Part shown: piece after piece, positions 33,206 through 46,100 of the stretch
How positions within the stretch are numbered: the stretch's first letter is position 1
Layout of the letters: each line of letters opens with the position of its first letter
Assembly: GCA_965240325.2 (NCBI GenBank)
Contig: OZ251236.1
Location: forward strand, 1,860,001-1,924,000
Reading direction: 5' to 3'
DNA: 64,000 bases
Source: Rebecca billardiae RCC1528
Taxonomy: Eukaryota > Protista > Haptophyta
Position numbers and translations under genes: made by a program
Notes under the pieces: model-generated
Told to the model about the DNA's origin: nothing
What the model saw: the letters and a program-made list of their open reading frames with translations, nothing else
Database searches by the model: none

Positions 33206-35280
33206 TCACCTGAACGGCACCGGCGCCGCCCTGCGTGGCGAGCGCGCCTCCGCGGCGGTGCGCTGCAGGTTGCCCAGCTCGGCCTGCCGCTCGACCTGCT
33301 GCACGTCGCGCGCGTGGATGGCGTCCAGGTACGCCTCCGCGCGCGCCCAGCGGCCCCAGCGCTGCTCGTGCGCCGGGATCATCGTCGCCAGCGCCTGCGT
33401 AGTGCGCGCACACACGGGGACACGGGCGCCACGCGCTGAGCCGCCTGCGCGGCACCGTCCGGCCGGGCCTTGCGCGCGCGCACCTCGTTGAGCGCCTTGA
33501 GCTGGGCGTACAACTCGGAGCGCGTGCGCTCCTCCGCGAGCAGCCGCGCGCTCTGGGCGTGCGCGCCACGCCCGCCGCGCTGCTGCTCGGCCCCGCGCCT
33601 GCCGGTCGCGAAGAGCCGCACCGGGTCGGTCGAGCCCTTTGCAAACAACGCGATGCGCTGCGCCCGTGCGCGCCATGGGCGCACGGCACGCGCGCGCACG
33701 GGGCGGCAGGGGCGGTGCGCGCGAGGGGCGGGCGCGCGCGCAGGGCGTGAGGCGCCGCGCGAGCGCGGCGAGGGCCGGCGCGTGCGCGCGTGCGGGCGCA
33801 CCTGCTTGAGGTGCTCGCGCTGCGCCATGCGCTCGACGACGGGCAGCTGGTCGCTCAGCCGGCGCGCCTCGTGCCGGCAGAGGGCGAGCGCGCGCCGCTG
33901 CTGCGCGCCCGCGCACCGCAGCCGCGCGCAGACCGAGCGGAGCTCGGGGTGGAACGAGGCGAGCGGCGCGTCGCGCCCGCCGCCGCGCGCGCGCGCCTGC
34001 TCCACCGCGCCGCCGTGCTCGCCCGCCGCCTCCTCCGCCGCGTCGGCCTCGAAGACGGCGGCGGCCAGCGGCAGGCTGAGCCGCGCGCGCTCACCCGCGG
34101 TCGCCTCGACGGCCGTCCACAGCTGCTCGAGCTGCTGCAGGGCGTCGACGAGGGCGGCGCGCGCGCCCAGCGCGTCCGTCGCGGCGTCGCGCAGCGCGTC
34201 GAGCTCGGCGCCGCGCTCCGCCAGCTCGGCGCCCAGCGCCTCCGCGCGCGCCGCCTCCGCCTGCACGTGCTCGCCCATCTGCGCGCGCACGGCGTGCGCG
34301 ACGCCGCCCATCTGCGCGCGCAGCCGCTGCAGCTCGACGGCGGACTCGTCGCGGCTGGCGGCGAGGGTGCGCACCGCGTCGATGGCCGAGGCCTGCAGCC
34401 CGGTGATCGCCGCGTCGACGCGCGCGGCGCACTCCCCGCGCAGCTCCTCGCGCCACGCCGCCGCGCTCGCGTGCAGCTGCCTGAGCTGCGCGACCGCGCG
34501 CGCGTTCCACTGCGCCTGCTCGTCCTCGCGCTGCTGCACCTCCGCGTCGCCGTCGACCGAGTTGAGGAGGAGCTCGCGCATCTCGTCGGCGAAGTCCTGC
34601 CGCTCGGACGCGGCCTGCAGCAGCCACTGCTGCCGCTGCGTCTTGAGCGAGTGCACCACCTCCTTGCGCCACTGCTGCTGCTCGCGCGCCAGCTCCGCGC
34701 GCAAGGACTCGATCTCGGCGTCGCGCGTCGCGATCGCCTCCTGCAGCGAGCTCTGCGCCGCGGCGGTGGCGGTGGCGCTGATCTCCGCGGCGGCGGCGGT
34801 GGCGCGCTCCGAGACCTCCTCCGCGGCGCGCGCGCCGTGCTCCTCGATCGCGCGGCGCAGCTTCCGCTGGTGCTCTCGCTCGAGCGCCTCGAGCTTGGCG
34901 CGCCACACCGCGCCGCCCGACTCCGACGCCTCGCGCTCCGCCTCGAGCGCCTTGCGCGCCGAGGCGCGCTCGGCGTCGAGGAGCGAGCGCGCGTGCTCGA
35001 GCTCGCCCTGCAGCCGCGCGAGCTCCGTGCGCATCCGGCTCATCTCCGCCGCGTGCTCGGCGCGCTCCTCCTCGAGCGCGCCCGCGGGCAGGTTGTTGCC
35101 CGCGGCGATCTCGTCGCGCATGCTCTGCAGCGCGGCGCGGTGCGCGCGCTGCGCGGCCTGCGAGGCGATGCGCTGCACCGCGAGCTCGCGCTCCACGCTG
35201 GTCAGCTCGCCGAGCACGATGTCATGCTCCACGCCGCGGCGCGGCCGAGGGCCGCGCTCGGCGAACGCCGCCGCCACCAT
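33206..35280 (-). CDS. Coiled-coil protein with C-terminal MAP65/Ase1/PRC1-like domain; introns 33658-33801 and 33395-33483
   Basis: The spliced C-terminus REHLKQ|RIALFAKGSTDPVRLF...ARLLAEERTRSELYAQLKALNE|ALATMIPAHEQRWG parallels PRC1 (ASDPNRF..LLKEEKQR..LPKLEEEL...WEQE). Confidence 0.7.
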
Positions 35281-35546
35281 CGCGCGGCCTTCAAGCTCGA
35301 GCGACCGGTCGCTCGGGTGCCTTCTCACTTCTGGCTTTGAATTTCGTCTCTGACGACGAAATTCGCGGACGGATCCATTTGTCGGACGATGGGCCGATGG
35401 CTGCCGAAGGGCGAGACGGGAGACAGCGCCGGGCTGCTACTGTACAGCTAGCTTACGCGCTCGTCGCTCGCGCGACTCTCTGCACGCCGCGGCGCCGTCG
35501 GGCCACCGCGTGGCGCGGGCCCGCCGGCCGCCGCAGCCCGCTCGGC

Positions 35547-36656
35547 TCACGAGCACATGAAGTACTCGTCCGCGGTGCCCTTGACGCACTCGGGGTACGG
35601 GTCGGTGTGCCGCAGGAAGGGCGGCGGCTCGCTGCGCGCAAAGGCGCCAAACAGCAGGTCCGGATCCTTGAGCTTGTTGCCGTTCGGGATGTTGGGGATC
35701 TGGATCCACGGCACCTTGAGGCCGAGGCCCTTGGAGTACGCGATCGCGATCAGCGTCGAGACGCACTGGTCCCCCTGCTTCGAGCGCCGGATCACCTCCA
35801 GGTCCTGGCAGTTGGTGAGCCATGTGCGCACGAACTGCAGCGTGAGCGGGTTCTTCTGCCACACGGAGAAGGACGCCTGCACGTGCGGCGCGTCCCAGTA
35901 GTGGCGGCAGCACGCGTCGTCGTCGACGGAGGCGCACAGCCCCATCACCGCGAGGATCTCGCACAGCGCGCACTTCAGCGGCCAGAACCAGTGGCTGCGG
36001 TTCCGCTCCTTCAGCCGCAGCCCCGGCACCATGCCGAACGAGAGCCGAGACGGGTCGACCGCGCCGCGCCGGTTCGCGTACAGGAAGTTGGTCAGCGGGA
36101 TGACGGACTTGGTGAAGCCCTTCTTGAAGAAGCGCGACGCGTCCATGTACACGACAAAGTCGCCGTCCTCCACGCGCTGCAGCGCGTCCCAGATCACGTA
36201 CGGCTTCCACACCCAGCGCGCGTGCTTGGAGAACTTGGAGTAGAAGAAGCGCAGGTGCTTCTCGCCCCACGCCGTCTGTAGCAGCTGCGCGCGCGACCAG
36301 GGGAAGGTGCGGTCGACGCCGCCCACCTTGCGCGCGGTCTTCACGTGCATCTTCTGCGTCGTCGAGTACGGCTCGCCCGCGGCGTAGCTCGTGTACGCGA
36401 TCGTGTAGTTTGCGATCTTCTCGGTGCGCAGCAGCCGCGGCAGCTTGATGCGCTCGAGCGGCGTCGGCGGCATCGACTTGCGGCTGGGCAGCTCGAACAT
36501 GCGCGTGGCGGGCGGGTGGAAGCGCGCCACGGGGCAGGGCGCCGTCTGGTTCCTCGGCGGAGTCAGCCCGCCCGCGCCGAGCGCGAGCGAGAACCAGGAG
36601 AGCAGCCGGCGCGGCTGCGAGGCCGACGGCATGCTGAATGGTGAGCGCACTTTCAT
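35547..36656 (-). CDS. Putative GT-A-type glycosyltransferase
   Basis: WVWKPYVIWDALQRVEDGDFVVYMDAS and GDQCVST motifs; clean codon usage; intronless; weak N-terminal hydrophobic segment. Confidence 0.6.
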   Translation of the reverse strand: MKVRSPFSMPSASQPRRLLSWFSLALGAGGLTPPRNQTAPCPVARFHPPATRMFELPSRKSMPPTPLERIKLPRLLRTEKIANYTIAYTSYAAGEPYSTTQKMHVKTARKVGGVDRTFPWSRAQLLQTAWGEKHLRFFYSKFSKHARWVWKPYVIWDALQRVEDGDFVVYMDASRFFKKGFTKSVIPLTNFLYANRRGAVDPSRLSFGMVPGLRLKERNRSHWFWPLKCALCEILAVMGLCASVDDDACCRHYWDAPHVQASFSVWQKNPLTLQFVRTWLTNCQDLEVIRRSKQGDQCVSTLIAIAYSKGLGLKVPWIQIPNIPNGNKLKDPDLLFGAFARSEPPPFLRHTDPYPECVKGTADEYFMCS

Positions 36657-37110
36657 CGCGGCCCCGGCTTTTTATATTATTTTTCCGATCGTCCTCGCTG
36701 TCTGCCGCCGTCCAATCCTAGACTGTGATTAATACAAGTAGGGCCATACAAGTAACCATATTTGGGATGAGATTGGATGAAGATCGCGATCCAGGCTTTG
36801 GAGCAAGGGGGGTTTAACAGTTGGGGGTGGACCTTCGCCATCAACCCACCGGCCACCAAATTGATTGAGGGGTAAAATGGCTGCGCTTTCGGCCCTCGGA
36901 ACGTCGGAAGCATTGTTCCCTGAGCCGATTTGCACTTACCATTTCCCCTTCACGATAATCGTGGCAGTATTCATCGCCGTGACGAATAGGCCGAAGGACG
37001 AACCGATGTAAGTGCAAAGTAATTGCCTTGCTCTAACCGGAGTGGACCCTCACCACCGGATCCCTTCGCGCTCGGTGGTTCCGTGGTGCTCGCCAACGCT
37101 GCCCGGCGTG

Positions 37111-40100
37111 ATGCGCGCGGCAGGCTGCGTGCTGCTGGCCGCGTGCCTGCTGGGTGGGCGGAGCGCGCACGCGCTCAACCCCGGCGACCTCGCCATCGTC
37201 GGCGTGAACACCGTCAACCCAGACGAGATCGCGGTCGTCGCGCTGGCCGACATCCCGTCCGGCACCGTGATCTACTTCACGGACAACGGGTGGAAGGCGG
37301 ACAGCAGTTGGCGCACGGGCGAGGGGACGCACACGTGGACGCTTGGCTCGGCCGTCTCGACGGGCACCGTCGTGACCATCACGCTCTCCGGCCCGCTGCT
37401 CGCGGCCGCGGGCGACGTGCTGTACGCGTACACGAACACCGAGGCGGCCCCCAACTTCCTCTACGCCATCTCGACCGCGAGGGACGCGTTCGACGCGGAC
37501 TCGACGTCCGCGAGCACGGGCGCGCTACCCTCCACCCTCACGCTGGGCACCTCAGCCGTGGCGCTGGGCGGCGCCTCCGCGTCTATTGAAAACGCTGAGT
37601 ACGTAGGCGCTCGGAGCGGCACGGCGGACGCGCTGCGGGCTGCGATCGGCAACGCGGCGAGCTGGACGACGTCGTCGTCGCGCTACGCGTTCGACTCCAG
37701 CGCATTCAGCGAGAGCACGCCGGCTGCGCTCAGCCCCGGCGACCTTGCCATCGTCGGTGTGAACACCGTCAACCCAGACGAGATCGCGGTCGTCGCGCTG
37801 GCCGACATCCCGTCCGGCACCGTGATCTACTTCACGGACAACGGGTGGAAGGCGGACAGCAGTTGGCGCACGGGCGAGGGGACGCACACGTGGACGCTTG
37901 GCTCGGCCGTCTCGACGGGCACCGTCGTGACCATCACGCTCTCCGGCCCGCTGCTCGCGGCCGCGGGCGACGTGCTGTACGCGTACACGAACACCGAGGC
38001 GGCCCCCAACTTCCTCTACGCTATCTCGACCGCGAGGGACGCGTTCGACGCGGACTCGACGTCCGCGAGCACGGGCGCGCTGCCCTCCACCCTCACGCTG
38101 GGCACCTCGGCCGTGGCGCTGGGTGGCGCCTCCACGTCTATTGATAACGCCGAGTACGCAGGCGCTCGGAGCGGCACGGCGGACGCGCTGCTGGCTGCGA
38201 TCGGCAACGCGGCGAGCTGGACGACGTCGTCGTCGCGCTACGCGTTCGACTCGAGCGCATTCAGCGTGAGCACGTTGCCGCTCCCGCCACCCTCGCCACC
38301 GCCGCCGAGCCCGCCGCCATCGCCGCCGCCGAGCCCGCCGCCGAGCCCGCCGCCATCACCGCCGCCGAGCCCGCCGCCACCCAAGCCACCACCCAGCCCA
38401 CCACCGTCCCCGCCGAGCCCGCCACCGAGCCCACCGCCGTCAGCGCCGCCGAGCCCGCCGCCCAGCCCACCGCCTGGCCCGCCACCAAGGCCGCCGCCGA
38501 GCCCGCCGCCGACCCCGCCGCCATCGCCACCACCATCGCCACCGCCGAGCCCGCCGCCGAGCCCGCCGCCGAGCCCGCCGCCGAGCGCGCCGCCGGACCC
38601 ATCACCGCCAAAACCGCCACCAAGGCCGCCGCCATCGCCACCACCATCGCCACCGCCACGCCGGCCGCCGAGCCCGCCGCCGAGCCCACCGCCGAGCCCG
38701 CCGCCATCACCGCCGCCATCGCCACCGCCGTCACCGCCCCCGCCATCGCCGCCGCCGAGCCCGCCGCCGAGCCCACCACCATTTCCGCCGCCGAGCCCGC
38801 CGCCGCCGAGCCCGCCGCCCAGCCCGCCGCCCGGCCCGCCGCCCTCGCCGCCGCCCTCGCCGCCGCCGAGCCCGCCGCCCAGCCCGCCGCCGCCATCGCC
38901 GCCGCCATCGCCACCTCCGTCACCGCCGCCATCTCCGCCGCCGAGCCCACCGCCGCCTTCGCCACCGCCCTCGCCACCACCGAGCCCGCCGCCCAGCCCA
39001 CCGCCAAGCCCACCGCCACCGTCGCCGCCGCCGTCGCCGCCGCCGAGCCCGCCACCATCGCCGCCGCCGTCGCCGCCTCCAAGCCCACCACCTGTGCCAC
39101 CGCCGAGCCCGCCGCCGAGCCCGCCACCACCATCACCGCCACCGTCACCGCCGCCCTCGCCGCCGCCCTCGCCGCCGCCCTCGCCGCCGCCGCCCTCGCC
39201 GCCACCATCGCCGCCACCATCGCCGCCGCCCAGCCCGCCGCCCGGCCCGCCGCCCTCGCCGCCGCCCTCGCCGCCGCCGAGCCCGCCGCCCAGCCCGCCG
39301 CCGCCATCGCCGCCGCCATCGCCACCGCCGTCACCGCCGCCATCTCCGCCGCCGAGCCCACCGCCGCCTTCGCCACCGCCCTCGCCACCACCGAGCCCGC
39401 CGCCCAGCCCACCGCCAAGCCCACCGCCACCGTCGCCGCCGCCGTCGCCGCCGCCGAGCCCGCCACCATCGCCGCCGCCGTCGCCGCCTCCAAGCCCACC
39501 GCCTGTGCCACCGCCGAGCCCGCCGCCGAGCCCGCCACCACCATCACCGCCACCGTCACCGCCGCCCTCGCCGCCGCCCTCGCCGCCGCCCTCGCCGCCG
39601 CCGCCCTCGCCGCCACCATCGCCGCCACCATCGCCGCCGCCCAGCCCGCCGCCCGGCCCGCCGCCCTCGCCGCCGCCCTCGCCGCCGCCGAGCCCGCCGC
39701 CCAGCCCGCCGCCGCCATCGCCGCCGCCATCGCCACCGCCATCACCGCCGCCATCTCCGCCGCCGAGCCCGCCGCCGCCCTCGCCACCGCCCTCGCCACC
39801 ACCGAGCCCGCCGCCCAGCCCACCGCCAAGCCCACCGCCACCGTCGCCGCCGCCATCGCCGCCGCCGAGCCCACCACCATCGCCGCCGCCGTCGCCGCCT
39901 CCAAGCCCACCGCCTGTGCCACCGCCGAGCCCGCCGCCGAGCCCGCCACCACCATCACCGCCACCGTCACCGCCGCCCTCGCCGCCGCCCTCGCCGCCGC
40001 CCTCGCCGCCGCCGCCCTCGCCGCCACCATCGCCGCCACCATCGCCGCCGCCCAGCCCGCCGCCCGGCCCGCCGCCCTCGCCGCCGCCCTCGCCGCCGCC

Positions 40101-43100
40101 GAGCCCGCCGCCCAGCCCGCCGCCGCCATCGCCGCCGCCATCGCCACCGCCGTCACCGCCGCCATCTCCGCCGCCGAGCCCACCGCCGCCTTCGCCACCG
40201 CCCTCGCCACCACCGAGCCCGCCGCCCAGCCCACCGCCAAGCCCACCGCCACCGTCGCCGCCGCCGTCGCCGCCGCCGAGCCCGCCACCATCGCCGCCGC
40301 CGTCGCCGCCTCCAAGCCCACCGCCTGTGCCACCGCCGAGCCCGCCGCCGAGCCCGCCACCACCATCACCGCCACCGTCACCGCCGCCCTCGCCGCCGCC
40401 CTCGCCGCCGCCCTCGCCGCCGCCGCCCTCGCCGCCACCATCGCCGCCACCATCGCCGCCGCCCAGCCCGCCGCCCGGCCCGCCGCCCTCGCCGCCGCCC
40501 TCGCCGCCGCCCAGCCCGCCGCCCAGCCCGCCGCCGCCATCGCCGCCGCCATCGCCACCGCCGTCACCGCCGCCATCTCCGCCGCCGAGCCCGCCGCCGC
40601 CCTCTCCACCGCCCTCGCCACCACCGAGCCCGCCGCCCAGCCCACCGCCAAGCCCACCGCCACCGTCGCCGCCGCCATCGCCGCCGCCGAGCCCACCACC
40701 ATCGCCGCCGCCGTCGCCGCCTCCAAGCCCACCGCCTGTGCCACCGCCGAGCCCGCCGCCGAGCCCGCCACCACCATCACCGCCACCGTCACCGCCGCCC
40801 TCGCCACCGCCCTCGCCGCCGCCCTCGCCGCCGCCGCCCTCGCCGCCACCATCGCCGCCACCATCGCCGCCGCCCAGCCCGCCGCCCGGCCCGCCGCCCT
40901 CGCCGCCGCCCTCGCCGCCGCCGAGCCCGCCGCCCAGTCCGCCGCCGCCATCGCCGCCGCCATCGCCACCGCCGTCACCGCCGCCATCTCCGCCGCCGAG
41001 CCCACCGCCGCCTTCGCCACCGCCCTCGCCACCACCGAGCCCGCCGCCCAGCCCACCGCCAAGCCCACCGCCACCGTCGCCGCCGCCGTCGCCGCCGCCG
41101 AGCCCGCCACCGTCGCCGCCGCCGAGCCCGCCGCCGCCCTCGCCGCCGCCCTCGCCACCACCGAGCCCACCGCCCTTGCCACCGCCAAGCCCGCCGCCAC
41201 CGTCGCAACCACCATCGCCTCCGCCGAGCCCACCACCGAGCCCTCCACCGAGCCCACCACCACCGTCGCCACCCCCTAGCCCGCCACCAGCGCCGCCCCC
41301 GAGTCCGCCGCCACCACTCCCGCCTCCGTCACCGCCGCCATCGCCGCCCCCGTCGCCGCCGCCCAGCCCGCCGCCCTCGCCTCCGCCCTCGCCACCGCCG
41401 AGCCCACCGCCGCCTCTACCGCCACCGAACCCGCCCCCCAGCCCGCCACCAGCACCACCGCCGAGCCCGCCGCCGCCATTCCCGCCACCGAGCCCGCCAC
41501 CTGTCCCTCCGCCCTCGCCCCCTCCGAGCCCGCCGCCCGTGCCGCCGCCCAGCCCGCCACCCAGCCCGCCACCGAGCCCCCCACCGCCGTCTCCGCCGCC
41601 GTCTCCACCGCCGGTCTCGCCTCCGTCACCTCCGCCGCGCCCGCCGCCCTCGCCACCACCGAGCCCGCCGCCCACCCCGCCGCCATCGCCACCTCCGAGT
41701 CCGCCGCCGCAGCCGCCACCGTCGCCCCCGCCAAGCCCGCTGCCGCCATCTCCGCCACCGAGCCCACCGCCATCGCAGCCGCCGAGCCCACCTCCGAGCC
41801 CACCACCGCCGGTGCCGCCACCAGTTCCACCGCCATCGCCGCCACCGGCCTCGCCGCCGAGCCCGCCGCCGAGCCCGCCGCCAGCCACACCGCCATCGCT
41901 TCCGCCGAGCCCGCCCCCGCCCGCTCCGCCTCCGTCACCGCCACCGCGTCCACCGCCCCCGCCGCCACCAGTGCCGCCGCCGCCAAGCCCGCCACCAAGC
42001 CCGCCGCCGCCAAGCCCGCCGCCGCCAACGCCGCCTCCAAGCCCGCCGCCGGCCGCTCCGCCCGCCCCGCCGCCTTCGCCCCCACCTGGCATGCCGCCTG
42101 CTGCTCCACCACCTGCACCGCCGCCGAGCCCGCCGCCAGCCCCCCCGCCCGCCGCGCCGCCGCCACTGCCTCCGCCGTCGCTGCCGCCGCAACCGCCGCC
42201 CAGCGCGCCGCCTGCCTCGCCGCCGCCGAGCCCGCCTCCCCTGCCCCCGCCGAGCCCACCCCCTCCGAGCCCACCGCCCCTTCTGCCACCGCCGCCGAGA
42301 TCGGAGCCGTTCCCTCCGCCCGCACCTCCGCACACGCCGCCGAGCCCTCCGCCGAGCCCGCCGCCCTTGGCCCCGCCTTCGCCGCAGCCGCAGCCGCCGC
42401 CTCGATCCCCGCCGCTGCCGCCGCCGCGGCAGCCGCCGCCACCGCCGCCTGCGAGCCCGCCGAGCCCGCCACCAACACCGCCGCCACGGCTGCCGCCGTC
42501 GTCACCGCCGTTGTATCCGCCGGCATCGCCCCCGCCGTCGCCGCCGCCGAGCCCACCGCCGTCGCCGCCGCCGCCAAGCCCGCCGCCGACACCGCCGCCG
42601 CCGCCACGCACGGATCCGTTCCCGCCGCCTTCGCCGCCGAGTCCGCCGCCATCCCTGCCGCCGTTGCCACCGCCGCCGCCGCCGCCTTCTCCGCCGCCGA
42701 GCTCGCCGCCAGCGTCACCACCGCAGCCGCCACCGTCCCTGCCGCCCAGCTCGCCGCCGCCACCGCCACCGGCACCACCGCCATCACAACCACCGTCGCT
42801 GCCGCCGAGCGCGCCGCCGAGCACGCCGCCGGTACCGCCACCGAGCGCACCGCCATCGACGCCACCATCGTCGCCGCCGCCGAGCCCGCCACCGGCGCTG
42901 CCCCCGCCGCCACGCACGCAGCCGTTCCCACCGCCCTTGCCGCCCAGTCCGCCGCCCAGCCCACCGCCTCCGCCGCCGCCATCGCCGCCGCCATCGCCTC
43001 CGCCGAGCCCGCTGCCGGCACTGCCGCCACACCCGCCGCCGTCAGCACCGCCATCGACGCCGCCGTCGCCGCCGCCCCGGTCGCCGCCGCCGTCGCCGCC

Positions 43101-46100
43101 GCCCTTGCCGCCGCCGCCGAGCCCGCCGCCGGCACCGCCGCCGCCACGCACGGATCCGTTCCCGCCGCCTTCGCCGCCGAGTCCGCCACCATCGCCACCG
43201 CCGTTGCCACCGCCGCCGCCGCCGCCTTCTCCACTGCCGAGCTCGCCGCCAGAGTCACCACCGCAGCCGCCACCGTCCCTGCCGCCCAGCTCGCCGCCGC
43301 CACCGCCACCGGCACCACCGCCATCGCAACCGCCGTCCCTGCCGCCGAGCGCGCCGCCGAGCACGCCGCCGGCACCGCCACCGAGCGCACCGCCATCGAC
43401 GCCACCATCGTTGCCGCCGCCGAGCCCGCCTCCGGCGCCGCCGCCGCCGCCACGCACGCAGCCGTTCCCACCGCCCTTGCCGCCCAGTCCGCCGCCCAGC
43501 CCACCGCCTCCACCGCCGCCATCGCCGCCGCCATCGCCTCCGCCGAGCCCGCCGCCGGCACCGCCGCCACACCCGCCGCCGTCATCGCCGCCATCGACGC
43601 CGCCGTCGCAGCCGCCCCGGTCGCCGCCGCCATCGACGCCGCCGTTGCCGCCTCCGCCGAGCCCGCCGCCGACGCCGCCTCCGCCGCCACGCACGGATCC
43701 GTTCCCGCCGCCTTCGCCGCCGAGTCCGCCACCATCGCCGCCGCCGTTGCCACCGCCGCCGAGCACACCGCCACAGCGACCGCCACCCCCACCTCCGGCC
43801 CCGCCACCGTCCCTGCCGCCGAGCGCGCCGCCGAGCACGCCGCCGGCACCGCCACCGAGCGCACCGCCATCGACGCCACCATCGTTGCCGCCGCCGAGCC
43901 CGCCTCCGGCGCTGCCGCCACCGCCGCGCACGCAGCCGTTCCCACCGCCCTTGCCGCCCAGTCCGCCGCCCAGCCCACCGCCTCCGCCGCCGCCATCGCT
44001 GCCGCCATCGCCTCCGCCGAGCCCGCCGCCGGCACCGCCGCCACACCCGCCGCCGTCATCGCCGCCATCGACGCCGCCGTCGCAGCCGCCCCGGTCGCCG
44101 CCGCCGTCGCCGCCGCCGTTGCCGCCGCCGCCGAGCCCGCCGCCGACACCGCCGCCGCCGCCACGCACGGATCCGTTCCCGCCGCCTTCGCCGCCGAGTC
44201 CGCCGCCATCCCCGCCGCCGTTGCCACCGCCGCCGCCGCCGCCTTCTCCGCCGCCGAGCACACCGCCACGGCCACCGCCACCCCCGCCTCCGGCCCCGCC
44301 ACCGTCCCTGCCGCCAAGCGCGCCGCCGAGTGCGCCACCGGCACCGCCGCCGAGCGCACCACCATCGACGCCACCGTCGTCGCCGCCGCCGAGCCCGCCA
44401 CCGGCGCTGCCCCCGCCGCCACGCACGCAGCCGTTCCCACCGCCCTTGCCGCCCAGTCCGCCGCCGAGCCCACCGCCTCCACCGACGCCATCGCCACCGC
44501 CATCGCCTCCGCCGAGCCCGCCGCCGGCACCGCCGCCACACCCGCCGCCGTCATCGCCGCCATCGACGCCGCCGTCGCAGCCGCCCCGGTCGCCGCCGCC
44601 GTCGCCGCCGCCGTTGCCGCCGCCGCCGAGCCCGCCGCCGACACCGCCTCCGCCGCCACGCACGGATCCGTTCCCGCCGCCTTCGCCGCCGAGTCCGCCG
44701 CCATCGCCGCCCCCGTTGCCACCGCCGCCGCCACCGCCGTCTCCGCCGCCGAGCACACCGCCACGGCCGCCGCCACCTCCGCCTCCGGCCCCGCCACCGT
44801 CCCTGCCGCCAAGCGTGCCTCCAAGCGCGCCGCCGGCATCGCCTCCGAGCGCACCGCCATCAACGCCACCGTCGTCGCCGCCGCCGAGCCCGCCGCCGGC
44901 GCTGCCCCCGCCGCCACGCACGCAGCCGTTCCCACCGCCATCTCCGCCGTCACCGCCGCCATCGCCGCCACCGTTGCCCCCACCGTCATTGCCGCCTCTG
45001 CCTCCGCCGAGCCCGCCGCCGGCACCGCCGCCACACCCGCCGCCGTCAGCACCGCCATCGACGCCGCCGCCGCCGCCGCCGCCCGCGCCGCCGCCGCGCC
45101 CGCCGCCGGTGCCGCCGACACCGCCGCCGCCGCCGCGCACGGAGCCGTTCCCGCCGCCCGCGCCGCCGAGCCCGCCGCCGAGCTCGCCTCCGTCACCACC
45201 GCCCAGCTCGCCACCGCCGCCACCGCCGTCGCCGCCGCCATCGCCGCCGCCGGGCCCGCCGCCGCACCCGCCGCCGAGCTCTCCGCCGCCGCTGCCGCCG
45301 CCCAGCCCGCCGCCGCCGCCGCCGCCCGCGATCCGCGTGAGCGTGCTCAGCGGCAGCCGCGAAGGCGCGCCGCTCGGCTCGGACGACGCGGCGCTCGAGC
45401 TCGAGGGTGCGGGCTTTGACAGCCTGGCCGGCGGCGAGTTTGGCGAGATCCAGTGCGCCTTCACGCGCGCCGATGGCGGCGGGGACGGTGGCGGCCCGCT
45501 GCTCTCGGGCGCGACGGTGCTGAGCGACGCGCGGCTGCGCTGCGCCATGCCCGCCGCCGCCTCGTCCGGCGCGCCCTCCGCCGCGGGCGCGTACACCGTC
45601 GGCCTCGCCCTCGGCGCCGTGGGCGCGTCCACGGACGTGGATGTCTCCGGGCTCTTCGGCCCGGTCTCGTTTGAGCTGTACGACATGGCGGCCGTGTCGG
45701 TGCTCGAGCTGCGCCCGCCGGGCGGGCCGGTGGGCGGCGGCACGGCGGTCACGCTCGTGGGCTCGGGCTTTGCCGAGTACGGCGAGGGCCAGCTGTGCTG
45801 CGTGCTCGGCGGCGGCGGCTGCGCGGCGGCGGCGACGCTGCTGCCGCCGTCGGCGGCGGCGCCAACCCTGAGCCGCGCGCGCTGCGTGCTGCCGCCGCCG
45901 CTGGGCGGCGCGGCGGGCAGCGTGGCGCTCGAGCTCTCGCTTGGCGGCGGCAGCGCCGACTCGACCACCGCCTCGGCGCTGCCCTTCCTCGCGTACGACC
46001 CGCCCACCCTCGGCTCCGTCAGCCCGGCGAGCGGCGACGCGAACGGCGGCACGGAGGTGACGATCGGGGGCGCGGGCTTTGACGCGCTGGCCGGCGGCGC

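Noticed and set aside
36789-36810. SRP RNA helix-8-like CCAGG..GAGCA
   Set aside because: No GNRA loop and the stem is too short.
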